64,000 bases of DNA from an uncultured bacterium (GTDB lineage Bacteria > Babelota > Babeliae > Babelales > Babelaceae): positions 128,001-192,000 of the forward strand of contig CAWGPQ010000008.1 of assembly GCA_963824495.1 (NCBI GenBank), written 5' to 3'. This document shows, in pieces, positions 1 to 9,654 of the stretch. A program made the position numbers and the translations under genes. Every line of letters begins with the position of its first letter. Position 1 is the first letter of the stretch. Under the pieces are notes generated by a model. That model saw only the letters and a program-made list of their open reading frames with translations. It ran no database searches and was not told where the DNA came from.

Positions 1-668
1 ACGGTTCCACTATCTTTTACCCATATTTCGGTACTATTATCCGTGTCTATAATTTTACCACGAATTGTTCCCCGAGCGTCTACAAACCACATAGCTATAT
101 TTTCATCGTGAGAACCTTTTTCGATAAGCTTTAGCTCACCTGAAACTATGTTAAGGCTATATATATCATCTATATCCGGCTCGTCACTCGTATTGCGTGA
201 GATCAGAATAGTATAAGGTAATGGATTGTAGGCACCAATAATATGTGCATTAGTGTACTTAAAAGGAGTCAAGTTTTTCTCTTCACCTGTTGCAGTATTC
301 ACCATATATATGCAATGGCCGTTAATAGCATCATCATAGCGTGAATATACGAGCGTAACGCCGTCCGTTAGCCAAAAATATCTATAATCAACGCTTTCTT
401 TAGATGAACTGGTAATAGGCCGATCGTCATCAGTATCAAGTGTCTTTAACCACAAGTTATATACACCATTAACAGGCGCCCTATAAGCAAGTTTTGTGCC
501 GTCAGGCGATAGGCTCAGGGCGTCCCTTTCTTCGGTCAAGTTACCAAATAATACCTCAAGAGGAATATATGGTACAGAAATGCCATCTGGAACTGTAAAG
601 TTATTGCATATAAAGATACCGCCCACCATACTAGTAAAGAAAAAAATTGATCTAAAGATGCTTTTCAT
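1..668 (-). CDS. S9-family peptidase paralog, N-terminal beta-propeller part; runs off the window start
   Basis: Not in the ORF track. Manual translation from ATG 668: MKSIFRSIFFFTSMVGG...VPYIPLEVLFGN...LSPDGTKLAYRAPVNGVYNLWLKTLDTDDDRPIT..., collinear with the N-terminus of 1073..2989. Confidence 0.8.
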   Translation of the reverse strand, partial: MKSIFRSIFFFTSMVGGIFICNNFTVPDGISVPYIPLEVLFGNLTEERDALSLSPDGTKLAYRAPVNGVYNLWLKTLDTDDDRPITSSSKESVDYRYFWLTDGVTLVYSRYDDAINGHCIYMVNTATGEEKNLTPFKYTNAHIIGAYNPLPYTILISRNTSDEPDIDDIYSLNIVSGELKLIEKGSHDENIAMWFVDARGTIRGKIIDTDNSTEIWVKDSGT

Positions 669-949
669 GGTTCGTGCTCAGGTTGTTTAATGAGATATCT
701 AATGTGCTGATTACTTATAATTAAACAAATTATTTTTATGTTTGACCAGTAAACAGCATCATTTACTTGTCAAAAACCGTAATATTGTCCGCTCAAAAAT
801 AAAGGAAATAGTTGCATTCTATAAACATATATATGAGGGAACAGGAAATAAACAGCGCATACTTTTCGTCATGAAGGCAACCTACAGTTGCCAGATCCTG
901 ATACTTTAGAAAAAAGCTGAAGCGCCTTAATTTTATCTAAGATGATGTT

Positions 950-990
950 AAAAAAGGGCTTGTCTCCCCATACAAGACAAGCCCTTTTTT
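950..990. terminator. Intrinsic terminator, probably bidirectional
   Basis: AAAAAAGGGCTTGTCT-9 nt-AGACAAGCCCTTTTTT perfect inverted repeat with A/T tails, downstream of the S9 gene. Confidence 0.85.
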
Positions 991-1072
991 AATAATTATA
1001 AGCAAGCAAACTTAAGCAGCCGAGGGGTGCTAAAGCTTATCCGAGCTCAATATTTGGTTACGCTGGTCCACA

Positions 1073-2989
1073 TCAAGTATGTACAGTCAATGTGCTTCCT
1101 AAATTATTCGCTAAGAATCTTTCAACACATTCGTAAAATTTAAGCCTATTTTCAGGTTTAGCAAAACCATGTCCCTCATCGGGAAAGAGCAAATACTCAT
1201 GGTCTATAGATTTTTCTTTGAGTGCTGCAACAATTTGTTCAGCTTCAGTCTGTTTTACTCGTGGATCTTGAGCACCTTGAACGATTAAGAGAGGAATTTT
1301 AATTTTATCTACACTAAAAAGAGGCGAGCAGGTTTTAAGAAAGTCTTCTTCAGTTTCGGGGTTACCAATACGCTGGTAGATCATTGTCAGCTCATGAAAC
1401 CAATAGGGTGGTATAGATTGAATAAGCGTGAGCAAATTACTTGGTCCTACGATATCGATAGCGCAGCAGAAGACGTCAGGAGTAAAAGCAGCACCACAGA
1501 GTGCAGCATAGCCACCATATGAACCGCCATAGATAGCAATTCTTTTTGAATCTGCGATACCTCCATCTATAAAATATTTCACCGTATCGATAAGATCATG
1601 ATGCATCTTATTGCCCCATTCTTTATTTGCTGCATTAAGAAATGCTTTGCCGTATCCGGTAGAACCCCTAAAGTTTACTTGAACACACATATACCCACGG
1701 TTGGCAAACCATTGTGCTTCTGGATCACAACCCCAGGTATCACGTGACCAGGGACCGCCATGAACGTTTAATACCATGGGTAAATCATGCCGTTCAGCAT
1801 CAACAGGATACGTAACATATCCCTCAAGCTTGAGCCCGTCTCGTGCCACAAGCGAGAATGGTTCCATTGCTGCAAGAGTATATTCTTTGAGTGCCGGCCT
1901 GCTGTCAAATAAAAATACTACACTCTTGTGCTTGCGATCAAAAGCATAGCACGTCACAGGACCATTATCTTTAAAGAATGCCACTATCCATAACATATCT
2001 TCATCATCACGGCTTATAATAACACATTCACCACCATCTACCTGTGCAAGAAACTCAAGATCTTGTTTGACCTGTTGATCAAAAATGACAAACTCGTTAT
2101 GTGCTTTAGCTATGACGACAGCTTCAAGCTCACGAGTTTTAGGGTTAATCATCACCGAACCAATATCGTAACCTTCATCATGATACAACATGGTAAAATG
2201 TTCTGTTGCGCAATCTATTTTTGCCAGACAGCTGGTATTAGTAGCACTCGAGTCAAGAATATAGAGTTCTTTATCATCGCGGGTAAATCCGAGTACCCCA
2301 CTTGAACGACCGTCTTCAAAGCCCCACTCCAGCAACTTTTTAAATTCAGCATCTGGTGATTGTCGAATCAATACCTCAATGCCACCATCTTCACGTGCAG
2401 TAACTATACCCTTTACGTGCATGTGGGTATCAATAAGCCATTCAGTTACAGTGCCAGGATTTTTTTCAACAAGTGTAAGTTCGCCCTTACTCATATCAAG
2501 ATGATAAAGATCGTGAAGTCGCGGATCATCTTTATTGAGCTCCAAAAGTGCATCAGTTCCACTTTTACTTAACGCAATCAAATGTGCTTGTACTCCCTCG
2601 AAAGGCGTCAAATTGATCACGGCTTGTGTTGCTATATCAATTCTATAAATGCACCAGTTTTCATCACCATCTTTATCTTGAATATACAGCAGGGCATTGC
2701 TATCAGGTGACCACATATACCATCGTATTCCTCGATAAGTATCATGAGTAACAACATGATCGTCATCTTGACCAATGGTTCTTATCCAAATATTAAGTAC
2801 ATTCTCGTGGGGTGCCAAATAGGCAATCTTCTTGCCATTGGGTGAAACACGAGGAAGCGCTTTTGTTGGATTGCCAAATAAAACTTCTCGTGGAATATAC
2901 GTAACTGTATATAGATGAACAGTTGATAAACTGCTAGCTCCAACGAAAGCCAGTACTAATAATCTTTTAAAAAATATAGTATTGATCAC
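1073..2989 (-). CDS. S9 family (prolyl oligopeptidase/acylaminoacyl peptidase-like) serine peptidase with signal peptide
   Basis: VHGGP, GGSYGG nucleophile motif, QDPRV Asp, EGHGF His; N-terminal propeller; hydrophobic N-terminus. Confidence 0.92.
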   Translation of the reverse strand: MINTIFFKRLLVLAFVGASSLSTVHLYTVTYIPREVLFGNPTKALPRVSPNGKKIAYLAPHENVLNIWIRTIGQDDDHVVTHDTYRGIRWYMWSPDSNALLYIQDKDGDENWCIYRIDIATQAVINLTPFEGVQAHLIALSKSGTDALLELNKDDPRLHDLYHLDMSKGELTLVEKNPGTVTEWLIDTHMHVKGIVTAREDGGIEVLIRQSPDAEFKKLLEWGFEDGRSSGVLGFTRDDKELYILDSSATNTSCLAKIDCATEHFTMLYHDEGYDIGSVMINPKTRELEAVVIAKAHNEFVIFDQQVKQDLEFLAQVDGGECVIISRDDEDMLWIVAFFKDNGPVTCYAFDRKHKSVVFLFDSRPALKEYTLAAMEPFSLVARDGLKLEGYVTYPVDAERHDLPMVLNVHGGPWSRDTWGCDPEAQWFANRGYMCVQVNFRGSTGYGKAFLNAANKEWGNKMHHDLIDTVKYFIDGGIADSKRIAIYGGSYGGYAALCGAAFTPDVFCCAIDIVGPSNLLTLIQSIPPYWFHELTMIYQRIGNPETEEDFLKTCSPLFSVDKIKIPLLIVQGAQDPRVKQTEAEQIVAALKEKSIDHEYLLFPDEGHGFAKPENRLKFYECVERFLANNLGSTLTVHT

Positions 2990-3223
2990 GATTTCCCCCT
3001 ATCAGTTACTGTTAGATGCATAATCATCAAGCACAAGTCATCATTGCAAACCATGTCTTGTGAAGTTCTATTAAAGTTCTATCATAGAGCACATTGCACA
3101 GCAAGAGAAGACCTCAATCATACTAACAGTATGTACAAGAGATAAGAAAAGCCGCGGGGGTCATCCAAGCAAAGATTTGGTTATTAGCTTAATCCCGCAA
3201 GATAGATTTTATAAAAAAATAAA

Positions 3224-3884
3224 TTGTTGCAATATGAAATTATTATAAGTATATGTAGGACATTAGGCACAGCAGTGCTATCTAGTTCTGCTGATGGCGT
3301 TAAAAAAGCATACCGTAGCTTCGCTGTTAAGTGCCATCCAGACAAATTTAAAACCCGTGAGGAAAAGCAAGAAGCACAAGATGTATTTATTAACGTTACT
3401 GATGCCTATGAAACAGCTACAGGCGCAGCGCCAACAGCCGCTGAATATATACCAACCCCAGGGTATGGTCCCGCATCGTCTGGATCTGAAAGACATGAAA
3501 GAGCAACGCCGGCAGACGAGCTATTATTTAATGCTGCAACAGAAGGTAATATAAAAGCAGCTAGAGAAGCGGTTGATGAAGGTGCTGATGTTAACTATGC
3601 TGATGGTAATGGATTTACCCTCCTCTCAGAAGCAGTTAAACATGCCCGCACAGAAATGGTTAGAATGCTTATAAAGTATGGTGCTGATGTTAGGCATGAA
3701 GATAAGTGGGGCAATACTCCCATGACGTTCGCAATGTATATTGGGAACATGGACATACTTAGACTTCTTACAGAGCATATGCCTTAATTATACAGGTAAT
3801 AATGTCATAATTGCTCTCAAATTAGTAACTGGTCATGGTCATACAGATGTAGCCAAACTGCTTAGACAACATGCTTGCTCATAA
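3224..3884 (+). pseudogene. Degraded J-domain + ankyrin repeat gene, paralog of 53711..54763
   Basis: CHPDKF J-motif and ankyrin repeats; ORF stops at 3787 but the last repeat continues in a shifted frame 3786-3884 (NYTGNNVIIALKLVTGHGHTDVAKLLRQHACS*); signal peptide absent. Confidence 0.7.
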
Positions 3885-3913
3885 GAGAAACACACGAGCA
3901 GTCAGCCCTAATT

Positions 3914-4942
3914 TTAGGTCCTACGAGCGTTAAGCCTGAGCAGCTCTTGATACAACAGTCGTGCTGCACTATCAAGATAGATTGCAACAAGCTCGTCTTC
4001 TTTTGCACGAGGCCCTATTACGTCTATAGTAAAATCTTCGGGCATAACTGAAAGTATAACGCTTTCTTGATAACCTACTTGTGGTTGGCTCGATATAAAC
4101 AAGCATTTTCCTGCCTTTGGGCAGAGTTTCAGCCAATCATATAACGTATCGGCGGTAGTAGGCCTGCGCATACTACCATCACTTCTAATCTGGAGTGGTG
4201 TATCTATAAAAAATACGGGAACTTGTGCCAGACCGGGTGGCAGGTCCAGGGAGTCCCATAGTAAGCGTATCATATCACTTTCTGTTTTCAGTACTTGCCT
4301 ATTGAGCTGCCAAGCAGGGCAGACTGGCAGTTTATTATCATGACCAAGTATACTATCCGGACTTTCTCGTTCAGGATCAAGTGGACGTGCGCCACCTAAA
4401 AAAACAAGCACATTCCAACGTACACCGTTATTCCATTGCTCAAGCAGATAAGCACAGCGCTTTCGCATTGTTGATGCAGTTGCTCCTAAAACAACACTAT
4501 AATCATACTGCTTATAGTGAGCATCAACCTGCTCTACATATCCCAGATTCTTGAGCAGAAATCGCAGTTTTTGAGATGTCTCTTCAGAATGCTCAAGTAC
4601 CCGTTCCTCAAGTTGCCAACGCTCTTTATCCGGTGGGCGCAACCACTGGTGAGGCCCTTTCTGCGTAACCGCTACGATATTCTCAAGAGTACCATCATGA
4701 GGAATTTTTAAGAGAGCAAGAAGATCAAGTAGATCACGCGATGGCTTTCCATCACGATCCATCCAGCGACCAACAGTAGTAGGGTGATAATAAGGGTTCT
4801 TATTCATGATATTTAGATTATCAGTTTGAAGATTATCTGCCAAGGTCGAACAGTTTATGTTGGCTGCTATAAACAAGCCCGAGAGTAAACAGATAACCCA
4901 AATATGCCCATATAGTCGCATCATAGTGTGTCCTTTAATCAA
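3914..4942 (-). CDS. Hypothetical exported protein, distantly YdcF/DUF218-like
   Basis: Signal-like N-terminus; motif order VVLGA / FLGG / TESDM / PTTADT / FISSQ echoes DUF218; start probably near 4924 (MMRLY). Confidence 0.5.
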   Translation of the reverse strand: MIKGHTMMRLYGHIWVICLLSGLFIAANINCSTLADNLQTDNLNIMNKNPYYHPTTVGRWMDRDGKPSRDLLDLLALLKIPHDGTLENIVAVTQKGPHQWLRPPDKERWQLEERVLEHSEETSQKLRFLLKNLGYVEQVDAHYKQYDYSVVLGATASTMRKRCAYLLEQWNNGVRWNVLVFLGGARPLDPERESPDSILGHDNKLPVCPAWQLNRQVLKTESDMIRLLWDSLDLPPGLAQVPVFFIDTPLQIRSDGSMRRPTTADTLYDWLKLCPKAGKCLFISSQPQVGYQESVILSVMPEDFTIDVIGPRAKEDELVAIYLDSAARLLYQELLRLNARRT

Positions 4943-5031
4943 ACATCTGTTCTTTGCCTTAAACTTCTGATTAGCATAAGTTTAACACTATAGTGTTAAA
5001 CTAACGATATGTATTTTAGAGGGGGATTTTC

Positions 5032-6867
5032 GTGAGTGATACGCATTGGCCAATAACACTTATACATAAAGCACTTACTCAAGAACACGATTGGCTTAAT
5101 ACACAAAGACCTTTGACTGCAGAAGATTTAGCTGGTCGTATGATTTTAATTGATTTTTGGACCTTTTGCTGCATTAACTGTATTCATGTTATACCCGATC
5201 TTCAGTATCTTGAGCACAAGTTTGGCAACAAGCTGACGGTTATCGGTGTTCATTCAGCAAAATTCCGTAATGAGCAAGATCGTAATAACATTCGTGCTGC
5301 TATTATTCGATACGGTATAGAGCACCCTGTAGTTAACGATAAAGATTTTGTTATATGGCAAAGCTTTAGTGTTCATGCCTGGCCAACATTTGTATTGATT
5401 ACTCCGGCGGGAAGAGTTGACACCATTTATTCAGGTGAAGGTCACAGAAAAGCTCTCGAATTTGCTATCGATCGGCTTATAAAAGAATATACCACTACAA
5501 TTCAAACGGCACCCTTGCCAATAGCACTTGAGAAAGATAAAGTCCCCGAAACGTTTCTTCGCTTTCCGGGCAAACTCGAATTTGTACAAGATTTTCAAGG
5601 GTCACCAGCGTTATTTATTGCTGATAGTGGCAACAACCGTATACTTGGGGCTCGGTTATCAGGTGAAGTATTTCTCGAAATTGGCAACGGTACGCAAGGT
5701 AATCGCGATGGCTCTTTCACACAAGCTCAATTTAATACTCCACAAGGCCTTACCTATCATGATACTATACTGTATGTTGCCGATATGGGAAATAACAGTA
5801 TCAGAAGAATTGATCTTCTTGCCAACTTAGTCCAAACGCTTGACACTACCAGAGGCTTTTCGTCACCGTGGGATATTATACTCTATCCATCAGATAACGA
5901 GCTCACTATTGCTATGGCAGGCACACACCAGTTATGGGTCTATGATCTTACGACACAGCTACCTCGCGTCATTGCCGGTAACGGTCGAGAATCGATTGAC
6001 GATGGAGCATATCCATTTAATACCCTTGCTCAACCCAGCGGTCTCAGCGTTGATCGTAATAAGCTTTACTTTGTTGATGCAGAAACCAGTTCATTGCGCG
6101 TATTTTTTAACGGCATTGTAAGCACGCTTATTGGCACTGGTTTATTTGATTTTGGTTATGCCGAGGGCAAGCGGGGTGTTGGCCTCTTGCAGCATCCCCT
6201 GGGCTTGGATGCCGATCACGAAAGCCCTACTATCTATATTGCCGATTCATATAATCATGCAATTCGACGATTTGACCGTGTTACACAAGAACTCAAAAAT
6301 TACAGTGGTACAGGACAACCAGGTAGTGTACTTGGTACCCTTGAACAAACGCAGTATAACGAACCTAACGATATCGTTATAGGCCAAGGGCTTTTTTATA
6401 TAGCAGACACCAATAATCACCGTATTCTCATACTTGACCCCGTCAAGCGTATGGTTTCTTTGTTTAACATTATGCCCAAAAAACCTGCACCTCTGTGCGT
6501 TGAGCCTGAGTTATTACCCAACCTAAAAAAAAGCAGCCCTATCGAGGTAGCTTCTGGCAAACCTATTACCGTATATATTGGCACATCAGCAATAGAAATA
6601 AACAGAGAGGGGCCAAGCTCACTTGCTCTCTTTGACGCATCCAATTATCCTCAACAAATGGCAAACCTTATACGTGAATATACACGCGCAGATATACTCA
6701 AGAAAAAAATTATACTGCCTGCACTTGAGCCAACAAAACAGTATCTGCTACAGGGAACAATCTATTATTGCACTGAACAAGAAAAAGGTGAATGTTTACT
6801 TATAAGCTATAACCAGGAACTTATTGCTCGCAGTTCAAGCTCAGAAACTGAGCTACATCTCCCCTAA
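5032..6867 (+). CDS. Thioredoxin-like + NHL-repeat protein (NHLRC2/SOQ1-like)
   Basis: DFWTFCCINC motif, GVHSAKF, repeated xADxxNxxIR NHL repeats; GAGGGGG RBS before GTG. Confidence 0.9.
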   Translation: MSDTHWPITLIHKALTQEHDWLNTQRPLTAEDLAGRMILIDFWTFCCINCIHVIPDLQYLEHKFGNKLTVIGVHSAKFRNEQDRNNIRAAIIRYGIEHPVVNDKDFVIWQSFSVHAWPTFVLITPAGRVDTIYSGEGHRKALEFAIDRLIKEYTTTIQTAPLPIALEKDKVPETFLRFPGKLEFVQDFQGSPALFIADSGNNRILGARLSGEVFLEIGNGTQGNRDGSFTQAQFNTPQGLTYHDTILYVADMGNNSIRRIDLLANLVQTLDTTRGFSSPWDIILYPSDNELTIAMAGTHQLWVYDLTTQLPRVIAGNGRESIDDGAYPFNTLAQPSGLSVDRNKLYFVDAETSSLRVFFNGIVSTLIGTGLFDFGYAEGKRGVGLLQHPLGLDADHESPTIYIADSYNHAIRRFDRVTQELKNYSGTGQPGSVLGTLEQTQYNEPNDIVIGQGLFYIADTNNHRILILDPVKRMVSLFNIMPKKPAPLCVEPELLPNLKKSSPIEVASGKPITVYIGTSAIEINREGPSSLALFDASNYPQQMANLIREYTRADILKKKIILPALEPTKQYLLQGTIYYCTEQEKGECLLISYNQELIARSSSSETELHLP

Positions 6868-6933
6868 AGCTTTTTAATCTTTAGCTATACAGGGCTTGCG
6901 TGCACATTCGAAAATTGGGAAAATTACTATTGA

Positions 6934-6963
6934 AAGGCAGAGTTACTCTTGTAACTCTGCCTT
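6934..6963. terminator. Hairpin between convergent genes
   Basis: AAGGCAGAGTTAC-TCTT-GTAACTCTGCCTT, perfect 13-bp stem. Confidence 0.7.
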
Positions 6964-7008
6964 ACTTATATTCCTTATGTTCACAATAGTTATCTAGTCT
7001 ACTGTCTT

Positions 7009-7221
7009 TTAACCACGAGATAGTGCTGCTTGAGCCCTTTGATAATCTTCCTCTGGTGTCGTCTCTGCAATAGATTTCCCTGAGCCATCCCAATGATAGG
7101 CGTCATAATACCAATCGTCGTAATATCTAAATTTAGGAGCATCTCGGCAAAGACCACATGCTAAGACCGCAGAGGGAAGCATACCACTAAGAATAACGGT
7201 AATAATAAGGAGCTTCTTCAT
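7009..7221 (-). CDS. Small secreted hypothetical protein (CxxC, Tyr/Asp-rich)
   Basis: AGGAGG RBS; signal peptide MKKLLIITVILSGMLPSAVLA; mature part begins CGLC. Confidence 0.75.
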   Translation of the reverse strand: MKKLLIITVILSGMLPSAVLACGLCRDAPKFRYYDDWYYDAYHWDGSGKSIAETTPEEDYQRAQAALSRG

Positions 7222-7496
7222 GGTATCCTCCTATTTTTTGGTGGTACATATCTGGACAGCTTTATCTATGGATGTGTTAGATATAGAGTAGGGTGGCTAT
7301 CCCGGTTTATTCGTCCCGGGTACACCTAATGCATAGGACGAATACATAATAAATATATCATATATTATAAGCTAAAATAAAGAGTTTTTTTGATAATTAT
7401 TGAAAAATGTGCTTTTAATTTTCTATACTTTAAACTAACTACAGATTTTAATAGCCCATCTAGGCCTATGAGGGGCAACAAAAGGGTAAACCCGTA

Positions 7497-7910
7497 ATGC
7501 AAAACTATGCAGTCATGCTTATTATCAACCTTATTATCAGCACTCTTTTGAGCACAAGTAAGCTTGTAACCTGTCAGCTAACGCTCATTAATAACACAGG
7601 GAAAACCATTTTCATAGCACCACTTTCAAAAAATTTGAGTGACATAAGCAGTATACAAGAGGCTTTGAGCCTGGGAATTCTAGTTTATCCCTATCAGATA
7701 GGGGTTGTTGAATCAAGAGGCTTGCTCATACCTCAAGTATTTGTTGTGTATGAGCAAAACCCACGTACAGCTCATTTTAGAGCTTACCATATTATACGAG
7801 AACAATCATGTGCTTATAATCATCCCGTAACCTATCGTGAAATCGAAAATAACCGAGAGCTTCAAGTCGATGCAACAGGACGGGCGCGGTTGATAATCTA
7901 TCCTGTATAA
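7497..7910 (+). CDS. Hypothetical protein with hydrophobic N-terminus
   Basis: 137-aa ORF; upstream TTGAAA-18-TATACT promoter-like sequence. Confidence 0.6.
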   Translation: MQNYAVMLIINLIISTLLSTSKLVTCQLTLINNTGKTIFIAPLSKNLSDISSIQEALSLGILVYPYQIGVVESRGLLIPQVFVVYEQNPRTAHFRAYHIIREQSCAYNHPVTYREIENNRELQVDATGRARLIIYPV

Positions 7911-8122
7911 AAATGCAGGCTAACCCTTGCTTTTTGCATAGTTAAAAGTTATTTACTCGCTTGGCTTGTTCACTTTTTTACTTATTATTTCCGCAACGCC
8001 CTTGCTAAGTACATATTAAAAAATTGGTTACCTATCTTTTTAGCTCAAATAATACTATAATGAACATGTTGCCATTCGTTTGAATTGCTTAAAATTCAGC
8101 TACATAAAAAAGGTTATACGGT

Positions 8123-8809
8123 ATGCAGCAAAAGCCCAACAGATTAATCATGACCCTGCTTATTTTACTTGGTCTTGTTTTTATAGCCTACTATGCCGGA
8201 CTTAAAAATTATCTTTCGCTTGAGACGCTTAAGACATATGGTGAATCACTGGGTATGTTTGTTCAAGCACATTATAGTCTAGCTGTTTTCTTATACATAG
8301 CTACCTACATACTTGCTATGACACTTTCGCTTCCTGTTGGTGTATGGCTTACATTGGCGGGTGGTTTCATATTCGGCGCACTACCGGCAACGCTCTATGT
8401 ACTTATAAGCTCTACAATAGGCGCAACACTTGCCTTCTTTACGGTTCGTTATATCTTGCGCCCATACTTAGAGCAAAAGTATGCGGCAAAGCTCAAAAAC
8501 TTCAACCAAGAACTTGAACGCTATGGTGCTTATTATCTTCTCATGGCCCACCAATTACCCATTATCCCTTTTTTTGTCATTAACATTTTAGGCGGTCTGT
8601 CTCCAATATCAGCATTAACCTTTATATGGACTACTGCCGTAGGCATTATCCCCCTAACGCTTATTTATGCTTATGCTGGACAAAAGTTAACAAGAATTAC
8701 ATCGGTAAAAGATATTTTGTCATGGCCTGTACTTCTCATGTGTGGAATAATTCTTGCAGTTGTCATACTTCCACTGATTATTAAGAAAAGACGCGAACGC
8801 CGCGCATAA
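8123..8809 (+). CDS. TVP38/TMEM64 (VTT/DedA family) membrane protein
   Basis: Multiple TM segments; LAGGFIFG, STIGATLAF, PIIPFFVIN motifs. Confidence 0.9.
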   Translation: MQQKPNRLIMTLLILLGLVFIAYYAGLKNYLSLETLKTYGESLGMFVQAHYSLAVFLYIATYILAMTLSLPVGVWLTLAGGFIFGALPATLYVLISSTIGATLAFFTVRYILRPYLEQKYAAKLKNFNQELERYGAYYLLMAHQLPIIPFFVINILGGLSPISALTFIWTTAVGIIPLTLIYAYAGQKLTRITSVKDILSWPVLLMCGIILAVVILPLIIKKRRERRA

Positions 8810-8937
8810 CAAACCCTGTATTTTCAGGTAGTTACTATAAATTTTAGCCATATTATTGCAATTTGAAAAAGATATAATATATAATGGTAATATATTTACT
8901 AAATTTTAAATAAAATAACACAGTAAAGAGGATTACC

Positions 8938-9066
8938 ATGAAAGGGAATATCGCGTATGCATTACTTGTGCTAGGACTCCTGATGGCCGCCTTATCGATT
9001 AATGTACTTACAAGAACCTATGAGCCTTTGAAAATTACCTCGAGGGTTAATCATGAAATTTATTAA
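8938..9066 (+). CDS. Small 42-aa membrane/secreted peptide, below the ORF-track cutoff
   Basis: AGAGG RBS then ATG; MKGNIAYALLVLGLLMAALSINVLTRTYEPLKITSRVNHEIY*; overlaps the next start. Confidence 0.55.
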   Translation: MKGNIAYALLVLGLLMAALSINVLTRTYEPLKITSRVNHEIY

Positions 9067-9556
9067 TATATACCATACGATAAGCACGATAAGCACGATA
9101 AGTATGATAGTAGCCTTAGGGCTCTGTATACCTTGTGAAGCTGTAGAGTATGCTCGTACGGCTGGAATTAAGCCTGCCAGTGAAGCTAACCCCCGCATTC
9201 CAGCTCTACCTGAAGCTTATGATCGGCTTCGGACTATTATTACCACTACGGTAGATCTATACCTGGATCTTTTAGAAACCGTTGGCCTTTTGAGGCTTTC
9301 AAGGCCTCAAAATAAAGAATCTTTGCGTCAACAATTTATTCATGATCTAGAGAGTTTTATCATCACACATTACGATGCACTGACTATCCTGACGATTACA
9401 TTAGGCCAGCTCATTATGATTAAAATAATACTTGATTACCTACGCCCTCAAATTGCACCTCAAGTGCCACCTCCAGGAGCTGCACCACTCGCACCATTAC
9501 TTCAGCAAGCGATAATTCTACAACAACAACCAGCAGAACACAACCATGGTGATTGA
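9053..9556 (+). CDS. Hypothetical membrane protein
   Basis: Two hydrophobic segments, Pro/Gln-rich tail, in-frame 9-bp triplication (TIS x3) at 9077-9103. Confidence 0.6.
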   Translation: MKFINIYHTISTISTISMIVALGLCIPCEAVEYARTAGIKPASEANPRIPALPEAYDRLRTIITTTVDLYLDLLETVGLLRLSRPQNKESLRQQFIHDLESFIITHYDALTILTITLGQLIMIKIILDYLRPQIAPQVPPPGAAPLAPLLQQAIILQQQPAEHNHGD

Positions 9557-9654
9557 ACCGCCCGATTTGGCGGCTGTTTACGGTATTTTTTGAAACTGCT
9601 TAGTATACTATACTCATAGCACATAACGATACAGAGAATAACTTAAGGGTAACC

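Noticed and set aside
496..690. 64-aa plus-strand ORF
   Set aside because: It is antisense to the real minus-strand S9 paralog at 1..668.
1056..1075. Possible TGA readthrough or alternative genetic code at the S9 peptidase stop
   Set aside because: An in-frame TAA follows after four codons, conserved genes have no internal TGA, and Trp is encoded by TGG.
3150..3200. GCGGGGGTCAT resembles the IS3 right end, and GCGGG...CCCGC could pair
   Set aside because: The match is only about 10 nt, with no partner end or target duplication.
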